Positions 32,866 through 42,686 of a stretch of 64,000 nt of DNA are shown here, piece by piece; within the stretch, counting starts at the first letter, position 1, and each line of letters opens with the position of its first letter. The DNA is from Longimicrobiales bacterium (GTDB lineage Bacteria > Gemmatimonadota > Gemmatimonadetes > Longimicrobiales > RSA9), in NCBI GenBank assembly GCA_035512635.1, contig DATKDR010000010.1:55-64054 (forward strand), written 5' to 3'. The notes below the pieces were generated by a model. It was not told the DNA's origin, made no database searches, and was given only the letters and a program-made list of their open reading frames with translations. The translations under genes were made by a program, and so were the position numbers.

Positions 32866-34257
32866 ATGGAAAGTCGCAATCCCGCCACCGGTGAGCTGAT
32901 CGAACGCTACGAGCCACACGACGAGGCCGAGGTGGAGGCGCGCATCGCACGCGCTTTCGAAGTGTGGCGCTCCTACCGCCGGACCAGCCACCAGGAGCGC
33001 TCGGCGTGGCTGGCGCGGGCGGCGGAGATCCTGGACGGCGAGAAGGCGGAGCTCGGTCGCCTGATGACGCTCGAGATGGGCAAGCCGATCCGCGCCGCCG
33101 TCGCCGAAGCGGAAAAGTGCGCGTGGGCGTGCCGCTTCTACGCGGAAGAGGGCGCGGGCTTCCTGGCGGACGAGCCGGCCGAAACCGACGCGGCCCGGAG
33201 CCATGTCCGCTACGAGCCGCTGGGACCGGTGCTCGCCATCATGCCGTGGAATTTCCCGTTCTGGCAGGTCTTCCGCTTCGCGGCGCCCGCGCTGATGGCG
33301 GGCAACGTCGGTCTGCTGAAGCACGCCTCGAACGTGCCTGGCTGCGCGCTCGCGATCGAGGACATCCTGAAGCGCGCCGGTTTTCCGGAGGGCGCCTTCC
33401 AGACGCTGCTCGTCGGCGCGGAGGCGGTGGCCGGCATTCTGGAGGACGCGCGCGTGCGCGCGGTCACGCTGACCGGCAGCGAGGCCGCGGGCCGCGCCGT
33501 GGGGGCCGCGGCGGGTGGCGCGATCAAGAAGTCCGTGCTGGAACTGGGCGGCAGTGACGCGTTCGTCGTACTGCCCAGCGCGGATCTGCAGGCCGCGCTC
33601 GACACCGCCGTGAAGGCACGCATCGTAAACAACGGTCAGTCGTGCATCGCCGCCAAGCGATTCATCGTGCACGAGGCGATCGCGGACACCTTCCTGACCG
33701 GCTTCGTGGAACGGATGGAGGCGCTGACGGTGGGGGATCCGCTGGATCCGGCGATCGACATCGGGCCGCTCGCCACCGAGCAGATCCGGTCGGGGCTCGA
33801 GGAGCAGGTGCGCGCCACGGTCGAGGCGGGCGCGCGCGTGCTGACCGGCGGTGAGCGAGTGGCGGGAGCGGGCTGGTTCTACCCGCCGACCGTGCTCGTG
33901 GATGCGCCCGCCGGCTCGCCCGCGCGCGTCGACGAGCTGTTCGGGCCGGTCGCGACCGTGCTGGTCGCGCGCGACCTGGATCATGCGATCGAGCTCGCGA
34001 ACGAGACCGGCTTCGGCCTCGGCGCGGCCGGATGGACACAGGATGCCGCCGAGCGCACTCGCCTCGTCGAGGAGCTCGAAGCCGGCATGGTGTTCATCAA
34101 CGCCATGGTCGCTTCGGATCCGCGTCTGCCGTTCGGCGGTGTCAAGCGCAGCGGCTACGGCCGGGAGCTGGGCCGGCACGGCATCCGCGAATTCACGAAC
34201 GCGAAGTCCGTCTCGATCCAGCCGGGCGGGCTGGCCAGCCTCGAGGAAACCGAGTGA
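32866..34257 (+). CDS. NAD(P)-dependent aldehyde dehydrogenase, succinate-semialdehyde dehydrogenase-like
   Basis: 463 aa. ELGGSDAF and NNGQSCIAAKR (catalytic Cys). Confidence 0.85.
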   Translation: MESRNPATGELIERYEPHDEAEVEARIARAFEVWRSYRRTSHQERSAWLARAAEILDGEKAELGRLMTLEMGKPIRAAVAEAEKCAWACRFYAEEGAGFLADEPAETDAARSHVRYEPLGPVLAIMPWNFPFWQVFRFAAPALMAGNVGLLKHASNVPGCALAIEDILKRAGFPEGAFQTLLVGAEAVAGILEDARVRAVTLTGSEAAGRAVGAAAGGAIKKSVLELGGSDAFVVLPSADLQAALDTAVKARIVNNGQSCIAAKRFIVHEAIADTFLTGFVERMEALTVGDPLDPAIDIGPLATEQIRSGLEEQVRATVEAGARVLTGGERVAGAGWFYPPTVLVDAPAGSPARVDELFGPVATVLVARDLDHAIELANETGFGLGAAGWTQDAAERTRLVEELEAGMVFINAMVASDPRLPFGGVKRSGYGRELGRHGIREFTNAKSVSIQPGGLASLEETE

Positions 34258-35438
34258 ACCCGCCGCTCATCAGCGAGCCGACCGCGATCTTCGGCTACCT
34301 CGCGGCCGTCCTCGCCGTCGTGTTCTGGCTGAGCGGCCTGCCCGCACTCCGGCGCCTCTTCGACATCACGCCCGCGGTCATCTACGCGTACTTCGTTCCG
34401 ACACTGTCGACGACATTCGGCATCATCCCCGCCGCGTCGCCCGCGTATTCGTGGATGATCCGGTATCTCCTGCCGTTCTCGCTGCTGCTGCTCATGATCA
34501 CGATCGATCTGCGCGCGGTCGCGAAGCTGGGCAGGACCGCGCTGACGATGATGCTGGCGGGCACGCTGGGCATCGTCATCGGCGGACCCATCGCGCTGCT
34601 GGTGTTCGGCCGCTGGCTGCCGCCGGATGCGTGGCTGGGATTCGCCGCACTGGGCGGGAGCTGGATCGGCGGAACGGCCAACATGGTGGCGATGGCGGAG
34701 AGTGTCGGCACTCCGGATTCGCTCCTGGGGCCGATCATCGTGGTCGATACCGTCGTCGGCTACGGCTGGATGGGCGTGCTGCTGCTCGCGAGCGGCTGGC
34801 AGCACTCGTTCGATCGGCGCATGAAGGCGGATACGCGCACGATCGAGGAGACCAACCGGAGGCTCGCGGCCCTGGACGAGGGCAGACGGCCGAGCACGCT
34901 GCGTGAGCTCGCGATCATCTTCGGGCTCGGCTTCGGCGGCGCCGTCATCGCCACCCGCATCGGCGACACGATGCCCACGCTCGGCGACCCCGCGATCATC
35001 AGTCAGACGACATGGGCGGTGCTGCTGGTCGTGACCGTCGGACTCGCGCTGTCGTTCACGCCGATCACGCGGCTGGAGCGCGTAGGCGCGTCGCGCATCG
35101 GCTACGTCGCGCTCTACCTGCTGCTCACCGCCATCGGGGCGCAGGCGGATCTCCGGGCCGTGCTCGCGACGCCGCTATTCGTGCTGGCCGGCATGCTCTG
35201 GATCGCCATCCATGCCCTCGTGCTGCTCATCGTCGCGCGCGTGATCCGGGCGCCGCTCTTCTTCGTCGCGACCGGCAGCATGGCGAATGTCGGCGGAGCC
35301 GCGTCGGCGCCCGTCGTCGCGGGCGTCTACCATCCCGCGATGGCGCCCGTCGGCCTGCTCATGGCCGTGCTCGGCTACGTGCTGGGCATCTATGCCGCCC
35401 TCCTGTGCGCCTGGCTGCTCGCGCTCGTCGGCGCATGA
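34254..35438 (+). CDS. DUF819-like integral membrane protein
   Basis: 394 aa from GTG 34254 (GTGA overlap with the upstream stop). About 10-12 TM helices. Confidence 0.65.
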   Translation: MNPPLISEPTAIFGYLAAVLAVVFWLSGLPALRRLFDITPAVIYAYFVPTLSTTFGIIPAASPAYSWMIRYLLPFSLLLLMITIDLRAVAKLGRTALTMMLAGTLGIVIGGPIALLVFGRWLPPDAWLGFAALGGSWIGGTANMVAMAESVGTPDSLLGPIIVVDTVVGYGWMGVLLLASGWQHSFDRRMKADTRTIEETNRRLAALDEGRRPSTLRELAIIFGLGFGGAVIATRIGDTMPTLGDPAIISQTTWAVLLVVTVGLALSFTPITRLERVGASRIGYVALYLLLTAIGAQADLRAVLATPLFVLAGMLWIAIHALVLLIVARVIRAPLFFVATGSMANVGGAASAPVVAGVYHPAMAPVGLLMAVLGYVLGIYAALLCAWLLALVGA

Positions 35439-35489
35439 GACACGGCCGTCGCGTTTGCGAGCGCGGTCGATTCCCCGGACCTTGAGGCC

Positions 35490-36002
35490 ATGAGCGACAG
35501 GCCGGTTCCCGGCGAATCCTCGACGACCAGGCTCACCGGCGGCGCCGCGCCCGGCTGGATGAGCGTGCGGGTGGCCGGCGTCACGTTCGCGCTGCCGATC
35601 GAGACCGTGGGAGAGGTGGTGCCGACACCGACGGTATCCGCGGTGCCGATGGTGCCCTCGTGGGTGGCCGGCATCGTCAGCATTCGCGGTGAGGTGGTCC
35701 CCGTCGTCGACCCGGGTGCGAGGCTGTTCGGGCGACCGGCGAGCCGGGAGGGCCGCCTGGTGCTGGCACGTCCGGACGACGCCGGCGAACGGATCGGACT
35801 GCTGGTGGACGCGGTCGCCGGTCTGATCGATCGCGGCAGCGCCACGGTGGCAGCGGCCGACGACGCGCCGGACGACGTGCCCGCGCCGTTCGTGGCTGCG
35901 GTCGTCTCCGGCGCCGGCTTCGGACGACTGCCCGTCCTCGACCTCGAAGCCATGCTCGACCGCGAGATCGCCGGCGGCGAAACGGCGTCGCCCGGAGCCT
36001 AG
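35490..36002 (+). CDS. CheW-like domain protein
   Basis: 170 aa. FALPIETVGEVV...VPSWVAGIVSIRGEVVPVVD. Confidence 0.75.
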   Translation: MSDRPVPGESSTTRLTGGAAPGWMSVRVAGVTFALPIETVGEVVPTPTVSAVPMVPSWVAGIVSIRGEVVPVVDPGARLFGRPASREGRLVLARPDDAGERIGLLVDAVAGLIDRGSATVAAADDAPDDVPAPFVAAVVSGAGFGRLPVLDLEAMLDREIAGGETASPGA

Positions 36003-36916
36003 CCCGGCCGTCGGATCAGGACCGGCAGCGACGCCCCGCGCAGCACCTTGTCGGTCACGCTGCCGAAGACGAGCCGGGACAGCTCGCCGCGGCCGTGCTT
36101 GGTGAGCGCGATCAGATCGATCGACTCCCGCAGCGCCGCCTCCAGAATCGACGTGGCGACGTCGCGCGACACCACCACCTCGAGTACCGCGTCCACCCCT
36201 CGCGCGCGCAACCCGTTCGCCGTGTCCTCCATGCTCGAGTACGCGGCGTCGATCATGTCCCGCTGACGCGCCGGATCCACGGGAAATACGTGGCCGCCGA
36301 CCACCACGGCGGGGGGCGCGACGTGGAGCAGCAGCAGCGACGCGCCGGCGTCCGCCACCGCAAGGGCGTGCTCGATCACCGACTCCGATTCACGGCTGGG
36401 GTCCAGCGGCACGAGCACGCGGCGGAGAGGAGGCGGCGCCGCGGCCGGATCCGGACGGGGCGCATCGATCGCATCCGCGCCATCCGCGGGACGAATGAGC
36501 AGCACAGGCCGCGACGTGTGGCGGGCGAGGCCATCGGCGACGCTGCCCAGCCACGCCCGACTGAGCGGTCCGCGGCCGTGCGTCGTCATCACGATCAGGT
36601 CGGCGTGCAAGGCCTCGACGTGCGCTTCCAGCGCGGAAACCGTCGGTCCGTCGAGCAGTGTGGCGGTCGCCTTCACGCCCAGCGCGACGACGCGCTCGAG
36701 GAGACCGTCCAGATAGCCGCGATCGTGCTCCATGCCCTCGAGCTCCACGCTCGCGTCGATCAGCGGCACGCCCTCCATGTAGACGAGCGACGCCACCTCG
36801 TGCACGTGCGCGAGATCGAGCGTGGCGTCGTGCCGTCGCGCGAGCGCGATCGCCTGCGGCAGCGCGTGCTCCCCGAAGGTCGAGCCGTCCAGCGGCACCA
36901 GAAGGCGGCGGATCAT
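35999..36916 (-). CDS. Universal stress protein, tandem Usp domains
   Basis: 305 aa from ATG 36916 (GGGAGG SD). Two LVPLDGS/LVPLDPS units and G-x2-G-x9-GS motifs. Confidence 0.85.
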   Translation of the reverse strand: MIRRLLVPLDGSTFGEHALPQAIALARRHDATLDLAHVHEVASLVYMEGVPLIDASVELEGMEHDRGYLDGLLERVVALGVKATATLLDGPTVSALEAHVEALHADLIVMTTHGRGPLSRAWLGSVADGLARHTSRPVLLIRPADGADAIDAPRPDPAAAPPPLRRVLVPLDPSRESESVIEHALAVADAGASLLLLHVAPPAVVVGGHVFPVDPARQRDMIDAAYSSMEDTANGLRARGVDAVLEVVVSRDVATSILEAALRESIDLIALTKHGRGELSRLVFGSVTDKVLRGASLPVLIRRPG

Positions 36917-36942
36917 GGTGTCATCCTCCCGCAGGACGAGTG

Positions 36943-37548
36943 CTAGCGCGCGACCAGCCGCACCAGCGCACCGCCCGGCCCCCACTTCGCATGATCGAGC
37001 GCGAAGCCCGCGGTGCGAACGGTTTCATGGGTGCGGCGGTCGAAGTGCTCCCCGAACAGCGGCCCGGTCACCGCGCTGAGCGCCCGCGCGGCCGCCGCCG
37101 CAATTCTGCCGCGCGGCTGCACGTGCTCCAGCAGGTGCAGCGAGCCGCCGGGCCGGACGACGCGGCGCAGCTCGCGCAGGCCCGCTAGCGGATCGGCCAC
37201 CTCGCAGAAAACGAGCGAAGCGACGGCCCAGTCGAACGCCCGGTCGCGGAAGGGCAGCGCCTGCACGTCCGCCACGCCGAGCGTGAACCGCGTGTCGGTG
37301 TCGGCGGCGCCCATCGTGGCACGCGCGCGCGCGAGCATCGCGTGCGAAACGTCGATGCGGACGGCGTTTCGCGACGCGCAATACGCCTCGCCCGCGCCCG
37401 GGCCCGCACCCACTTCGAGTCCGCGACCGGAGGTCGGCACATCCGCCCACAAAGCCGCGCGCCAGCGTCGCAGTCCCAGCGCTTCGAGAGGCTGCCTCAC
37501 CACGTCGTAGAGCCGCGGCATGTTCGCGGTCCAGCTTCGTCGAGCCAT
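36943..37548 (-). CDS. Class I SAM-dependent methyltransferase
   Basis: 201 aa from ATG 37548. Motif I GLEVGAGPG. TATATT lies 5 nt upstream of the ATG and there is no SD. Confidence 0.8.
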   Translation of the reverse strand: MARRSWTANMPRLYDVVRQPLEALGLRRWRAALWADVPTSGRGLEVGAGPGAGEAYCASRNAVRIDVSHAMLARARATMGAADTDTRFTLGVADVQALPFRDRAFDWAVASLVFCEVADPLAGLRELRRVVRPGGSLHLLEHVQPRGRIAAAAARALSAVTGPLFGEHFDRRTHETVRTAGFALDHAKWGPGGALVRLVAR

Positions 37549-37665
37549 GACGGAATATATCGCATCGCGATGCTGCCCGTCCTGACGCGAAGGGAACGAC
37601 GCTTGCGGGGCCATTGGCTCGCGGACCTTTCCCCTTTTTTTTTGCGGGCAAACGGGCGGGCAGGG

Positions 37666-37980
37666 ATGAGGAGCATCGCGGAGACGCGCCTGCGCACTGC
37701 GGACGCGCGCACGAAAGGCGGCATGGAAAGCAGGGAGCCCGGCCTGGATCATTTCTGGGAGCAGGCGGACGAAGAGTCCTCCACTCAGCACCCGCTCGAA
37801 CGGGAGCTCGCCGAGCGTCTGGATGCCCTCGCCCGCTACCGTGACCAGATCCTCCAGGCCGAGGCCAACGAGCGCTCGGCCGACGCCGAAGTGCTGATGC
37901 GTCAGCACGAGCGCGAATACCAGGCCGTACAACGCCTCTGGTCCGCCATTCGCCGCATGCGCGAGCGGGAGCACACCTAG
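37666..37980 (+). CDS. Small hypothetical helical protein
   Basis: High third-position GC throughout. An alternative start at ATG 37723 has an AAAGG SD. No family recognised. Confidence 0.45.
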   Translation: MRSIAETRLRTADARTKGGMESREPGLDHFWEQADEESSTQHPLERELAERLDALARYRDQILQAEANERSADAEVLMRQHEREYQAVQRLWSAIRRMREREHT

Positions 37981-37984
37981 ATGC

Positions 37985-38078
37985 GGTAGACTGTATACGG
38001 TACTCGGTACGCCCGTATATCGTTATACCGTCTACGGGATACCGGATACCGGATACTGGATACCGTATACGGAGTACG
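37985..38078. repeat. Degenerate heptamer array with core GGATACC GGATACC GGATACT GGATACC
   Basis: Exact core at 38037-64, flanked by GTCTACG, TTATACC, GTATACG and GAGTACG-type units. Confidence 0.85.
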
Positions 38079-38118
38079 GAGCTTTCCTCCGCCCGCCTGC
38101 CGGAATAGCTTCCGCGCC

Positions 38119-39597
38119 ATGAGCGATTCGACCGATCTGCGCGTGCGTTTCGCGCCTTCACCGACCGGCTATCTCCACGTCGGCGGCGCGCGCACTGCGC
38201 TCTTCAACTGGCTGTACGCCCGACGTCACGGCGGCACCTTCGTGCTGCGCATCGAGGATACGGACCGCGCGCGCTCGAGCACCGAGCACACGCGCGCGAT
38301 CCTGGACGGCATGATCTGGCTCGGGCTCGACTGGGACGAGGGCCCGTACCACCAGGCGGACGGGCTGGACCGACATCGCGCCGACGCGTTGCGCATGCTG
38401 GAGGCGGACAAGGCGTATCGCTGCTTCTGCTCCGCCGGGGTGCTCGACGAAAAGCGCGCAGCCGCGCAGGCGCGCAAGGAGAACTGGCGCTACGACCGCC
38501 ACTGCCTGCGGAACGTGACGCCCGAGGAGTCCGCGCGCCGCGCCGCCGCGGGCGAGCCGCACACGATCCGCTTCTTCGTGCCGGAGGGGAAGACGGAGTG
38601 GGACGACGCGGTGCACGGCGTGGTCTCGTTCGCGAACGCGGACCTCGAGGACTTCATCATCCTGCGCAGCGACGGCACGCCCATCTACAACCTGGCCGTC
38701 GTCTCCGACGACATCGAGATGCGCATCACGCTCGTGCTGCGCGGCGACGACCACATCTCGAACACGCCGAAGCAGATCCTGCTCTACCGCGCGCTGGACG
38801 CGGCAGTGCCGCGTTTCGCTCACGTCCCGATGATCCTCGGCGCCGACGGCAAGCGACTGTCCAAGCGGCACGGCGCGACCGCGATCGGCGAATACGAGGA
38901 CCAGGGCATCCTGCCGCAGGCGATGGTCAACTTCCTCGCCCTGATCGGCTGGGGTCCCGGCGAGGAGCGCGAGATCTTCACCATCGACGAGCTGATCGAG
39001 CGCTTTTCGCTCGAGGGCATCGTCAGGAAGGCGGGCGTCTTCGATCCGACCAAGCTCGAGTGGCTGAACGGTCAGCACCTCTCGCGCACACCGGCGCTCG
39101 AGCTCGAGCCGATGGTGACGGAGAAGCTCGTGAATGCCGGCCTGGTCACGCATACCGAGCTGGACGAGCGGCGCGACTGGTATCTGCACCTCATCGATCT
39201 GCTCAAGGAGCGCGCGCGCAACCTCGACGACTTCCTGCGGCAGGCGCGGCCCTATTTCGCGCCCGGCGTCGCATACGATGACGAGGCGCTCGCCAAGCAC
39301 TGGAAGAACGCCGAAGAGACCGCGGCTCGCATGCGGGCGCTGCACGACCGCTTCGCGACCGTGTCCGAAAGCGACTGGAATCCGGAGGGACTCGAGCCCG
39401 TCCTGCGCGCGCTCGCCGACGAGCTGGGCACGAGCGCCGCAAAGCTGATCCATCCCGCGCGCGTCGCGGTCACCGGCATGAACGTCTCGCCCAGCATCTT
39501 TCAGGTGCTGACGGCCCTCGGAAAGAAGAAGACGCTCACGCGCCTCGAGCAGGCGATCGAGCGGATCCCGGCCGCGGCAGGACAGGTGGCTCCGTGA
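38119..39597 (+). CDS. gltX: Glutamate--tRNA ligase
   Basis: 492 aa. PSPTGYLHVGGARTAL (HIGH) and GKRLSKRHG (KMSKS). Confidence 0.95.
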   Translation: MSDSTDLRVRFAPSPTGYLHVGGARTALFNWLYARRHGGTFVLRIEDTDRARSSTEHTRAILDGMIWLGLDWDEGPYHQADGLDRHRADALRMLEADKAYRCFCSAGVLDEKRAAAQARKENWRYDRHCLRNVTPEESARRAAAGEPHTIRFFVPEGKTEWDDAVHGVVSFANADLEDFIILRSDGTPIYNLAVVSDDIEMRITLVLRGDDHISNTPKQILLYRALDAAVPRFAHVPMILGADGKRLSKRHGATAIGEYEDQGILPQAMVNFLALIGWGPGEEREIFTIDELIERFSLEGIVRKAGVFDPTKLEWLNGQHLSRTPALELEPMVTEKLVNAGLVTHTELDERRDWYLHLIDLLKERARNLDDFLRQARPYFAPGVAYDDEALAKHWKNAEETAARMRALHDRFATVSESDWNPEGLEPVLRALADELGTSAAKLIHPARVAVTGMNVSPSIFQVLTALGKKKTLTRLEQAIERIPAAAGQVAP

Positions 39598-39631
39598 AGG
39601 CCTGACGCGACCCGTGGCGTGGTGGCTCCTC

Positions 39632-40876
39632 TCAGTGCGGCGAGGTCGGTGAGATGTCGACGAAGACCGCGCCATGCGGGATTGCGGCGCCGGTTGCTCC
39701 ATGGGGCCATGCCTCGCGCTCGAAGTTCACGGCCGTGACATTGGAGGCCTCGCTCCCGAACTCGCGGTCGCCCGAAAGGATGCCGCTCCCCCGATCGATT
39801 CGAAGGAGGAGCAGCCGGTGTGCCATTTCGCCGTAACCCGTGACGACGATGCGATCGGCGCTGTCCGTCGCGAGCCAATGGGGTCTCCAACCATCGGGCA
39901 GGGCAAACCGATGCACCTGCCGCGGGTGCGCGGGGTCCGAGACATCGAGCACTACGATCGCGTGTTCGCTCGCGACTGCCTGGATCCACCAGTTCCCGAT
40001 CACGGCCGGCATGAAACAGCGCCGCGCTCCGAAGTCGTGCACGAGAGTCGCTCGCGGGAGATTCGTCTCGAGCTCATGCAGACGGTACAATCCGCAGCCC
40101 AGGGTTACCACGAGAACCGTGCTGCCGTCTTCGAGCACGCGCGGTTCGAACGAGTGTGCGCTCTCGCCGCCGCGCGGGCCGTCCGGTAGCTCGATCGTAT
40201 GCAGCAACTCCAGATCGCTCAAACGCCAGATCTGCACGATGCGGCTTACATCCTCCCCGTGCATGTCCGCGCCTGTCGTCACGATTCGGTCGAGGTTGGA
40301 CAGGACTGCGAGGCTGTAGGGTCGCACGAACCCCACCGATGCGGGATCGATCGCGGATGTGCCTCTCACGTATGCGCCGCGGGCGTCGTGCTCGGCCAGG
40401 CCTCCCGGGGTGTGGTGTGCGGCACCGAGCTGATATGTGACCAGCAGCCGGCCATCGGGCAGCCGATGAAAGCTGTGCGGGTGCGTGAAGCCGGGCGCTT
40501 CCGCCAACCGGCCGAGTACCGTGGGTCCGCCGGGTCGAGTCAGGTCCAGGAGGAACGTCGCATCGGCCGAGAAACTGTTCGCCCAGACGGTGGCGTCGTC
40601 GCCGACGACCAGCTCCGTGTGATGCGCGTCTGCGCCCGGCTCGCCGGCCGGGACGCTCGAGATCGGTTCGCCGTATCGGCTCGACGCCGGATCCGCGTCG
40701 ATGAATACCGCGAACGGCTGGTGAGCGCTGTCCGCGTCTGCGGCCCACGCGAGGATGTACGAGCTCGGGCGGGGGGGTCCACTCGGCGCGCACGCGAATG
40801 CCGGCGTGATCGCCAGGACGGCCGCGACCAGGCGATTGCATGCGCAGGATGTGCGCTGCTGCGGTGGCTGAATCAT
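39632..40876 (-). CDS. Secreted/lipoprotein beta-propeller-like protein (possibly related to selenium-binding-protein/YncE folds)
   Basis: 414 aa from ATG 40876 (GGGGAGGA SD). Signal sequence with AFAC lipobox. The fold assignment is only a guess from the repetitive strand pattern. Confidence 0.5.
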   Translation of the reverse strand: MIQPPQQRTSCACNRLVAAVLAITPAFACAPSGPPRPSSYILAWAADADSAHQPFAVFIDADPASSRYGEPISSVPAGEPGADAHHTELVVGDDATVWANSFSADATFLLDLTRPGGPTVLGRLAEAPGFTHPHSFHRLPDGRLLVTYQLGAAHHTPGGLAEHDARGAYVRGTSAIDPASVGFVRPYSLAVLSNLDRIVTTGADMHGEDVSRIVQIWRLSDLELLHTIELPDGPRGGESAHSFEPRVLEDGSTVLVVTLGCGLYRLHELETNLPRATLVHDFGARRCFMPAVIGNWWIQAVASEHAIVVLDVSDPAHPRQVHRFALPDGWRPHWLATDSADRIVVTGYGEMAHRLLLLRIDRGSGILSGDREFGSEASNVTAVNFEREAWPHGATGAAIPHGAVFVDISPTSPH

Positions 40877-41079
40877 GTGTCCTCCCCGCCGAGCAGGCGG
40901 ATCGATATTCCGGCGTGCCGGCCTGAGGAATGATACGGATCGCGCTTTCGAAGTACACCTTCGACCGGCGCCACCGCATCCGGTGTTACGCCGCTGCGGA
41001 CGCACCCATAAGGCCGCATCACCATATGGCCAAACGGGTTGACACGTCGGCCATCACCGGCTAGCTTGCGGCTCTTCCT

Positions 41080-41152
41080 TGCCCCTTGGTGTAACTGGCA
41101 ACACGTCGCACTCTGGATGCGAAGAGTCCTGGTTCGACCCCAGGAGGGGCAA
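41080..41152 (+). tRNA. tRNA-Gln (anticodon CTG)
   Basis: Hand-folded. Acceptor TGCCCCT/AGGGGCA (U1-A72, typical of bacterial tRNA-Gln), anticodon stem TCGCA/TGCGA with loop CTCTGGA, T-arm CCTGG TTCGACC CCAGG. Confidence 0.9.
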
Positions 41153-41165
41153 CTGGATTCAGACG

Positions 41166-41199
41166 AGGCCCGGCGCGGATCTTTCCCGCCGGGCCTTTC
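41166..41199 (+). terminator. Hairpin after tRNA-Gln
   Basis: 10-bp stem AGGCCCGGCG/CGCCGGGCCT with an 11-nt loop, followed only by TTTCG (short T tail). Confidence 0.45.
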
Positions 41200-41231
41200 G
41201 CATGACGGGACCTCCTGACGAGGCAGCACAC

Positions 41232-41741
41232 ATGAGGACACGCCGCTCCACGGTGATCGTCCGCCTGGCGGTCGTTTCTGCCGCATCGCTGCTCGGGGCG
41301 GCAGGGGTCGAAGCCCAGGAACCCAATCCGTTCTCACCGATCGCCGTTTTCCAGATGGCCGATCGGCAGGACTGGCTGATCCGGGCCTCATTGCGTGGCG
41401 GCGAGGCGGTGGTCGGTCGCGTGCGAGACATCGACGACGTGGGTGCGCGCCTGGAAGGCGGATCGGTTCGGTTCAGGGACGTGGCCCTTCTCGAGCGTGG
41501 CGAACGCCAGGGGGGCGGCGGAAAGAAGGGGGCGGTCGTGGGCGGGGCCGCGCTGGGAGCGCTGACTGCGCTCCTGCTGTTCGTCGGACCGACCGGAGCA
41601 GGCAGCGGAGGCGACTTCCTCCTCGGCATCTCCGCTGGCGTCGGGGTCGGCGCAATCGTCGGTGGCCTGATCGGCGCGGCCGTGTCACCGTCCGAGACCG
41701 ACTGGGTGCCGATCTGGCCCGGCCACAGCGTCGATCAATGA
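41232..41741 (+). CDS. Hypothetical secreted protein with C-terminal glycine-zipper membrane segments
   Basis: 169 aa from ATG 41232. Signal peptide ending VEAQ. Gly-rich hydrophobic C-terminal half. Confidence 0.55.
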   Translation: MRTRRSTVIVRLAVVSAASLLGAAGVEAQEPNPFSPIAVFQMADRQDWLIRASLRGGEAVVGRVRDIDDVGARLEGGSVRFRDVALLERGERQGGGGKKGAVVGGAALGALTALLLFVGPTGAGSGGDFLLGISAGVGVGAIVGGLIGAAVSPSETDWVPIWPGHSVDQ

Positions 41742-42253
41742 CGATGACGGATCGCCAGGACGACGCCTGGATGGCGCGCGCGCTCGAGCAGGCCCGCGCC
41801 GCGCGCACGGAAGACGAAGTGCCGATCGGCGCGGTCGTCGTGCAGGGCGGTCGGCTCATCGCCGAAGCGCGTAACCGCACGCGCACCTGGCACGATCCGA
41901 CCGGTCATGCCGAGGTCATCGCGCTGCGCCGCGCCGCCTCGATCATCGGGGACTGGCGCCTGACCGAGACGACGCTCTACGTCACCCTCGAGCCCTGCGC
42001 GATGTGCGCGGGCGCGATGGTGCTCGCACGCGTGAAGCGCGTCGTCTACGGCACGCCCGATCCGAAGGCGGGGATGTGCGGCTCGCTCGGCAATCTCGTG
42101 CAGGATCCGCGGCTCAACCATCGCGCCGAGCTGACGGGCGGGGTGCTGGAACAGCCGTGCGGGGATATCCTGCGGGAGTTCTTCCGGGCGCGGCGCCAGA
42201 AACCGACGGCGCTTGCGGCGGATGCAGCCGCCTTCTTTCGCGTGCGCCGATAG
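41738..42253 (+). CDS. tadA: tRNA adenosine(34) deaminase
   Basis: 171 aa. HAEV and PCAMCAGA zinc motifs. ATGA overlap with the upstream gene. Confidence 0.9.
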   Translation: MTMTDRQDDAWMARALEQARAARTEDEVPIGAVVVQGGRLIAEARNRTRTWHDPTGHAEVIALRRAASIIGDWRLTETTLYVTLEPCAMCAGAMVLARVKRVVYGTPDPKAGMCGSLGNLVQDPRLNHRAELTGGVLEQPCGDILREFFRARRQKPTALAADAAAFFRVRR

Positions 42254-42284
42254 ATTGGGGGAGGTCACAGCAGGAGGAATCCCG

Positions 42285-42671
42285 ATGCGTTCCGCTCCGC
42301 CAGTCGCTCCGTTCATCGTCCTCGCCGCCGCGTGTTTCGGCGCATCCGAGCCACTCGCGTCCGACACCGGCGCAGTCGTCGAAGTCTCCCTCTGGCCGAT
42401 CGATCCCGTCGAGTTCGCAGGACAGCCGTCACGCACGCGACCCGCGGTCGACGCACACGTCGTCGTGCTGGACGACGAGGGGCGCGAAGTCGCGGACGAG
42501 ACGACCGGCGCGGACGGCACGGCGCGCATCCTGCTCGCGCCGGGAAGCTATACGATGCGCGTCGACGAGTGTCCCGGCGCGATGTCCGGCCCGAGTGAAG
42601 ATGCCGCCGTCGTCGTGAGCGCGGGCGCTTTCGCCACCGTCGCTCTCACGTGCGATACCGGTATCCGCTAG
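42285..42671 (+). CDS. Small secreted protein, carboxypeptidase-regulatory-like (Ig-like) domain
   Basis: 128 aa. AGGAGGA SD. Signal peptide, then VVVLDDEGREVADETTGADGTARILLAPGSYTMRV. Confidence 0.55.
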   Translation: MRSAPPVAPFIVLAAACFGASEPLASDTGAVVEVSLWPIDPVEFAGQPSRTRPAVDAHVVVLDDEGREVADETTGADGTARILLAPGSYTMRVDECPGAMSGPSEDAAVVVSAGAFATVALTCDTGIR

Positions 42672-42686
42672 TCGAACGAGCTGCCC

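Noticed and set aside
37985-38118. T-box or other tRNA-sensing leader upstream of gltX
   Set aside because: The region is occupied by heptamer repeats with no specifier-loop or T-box sequence and no terminator. A -10-like box sits 7 nt from the ATG.
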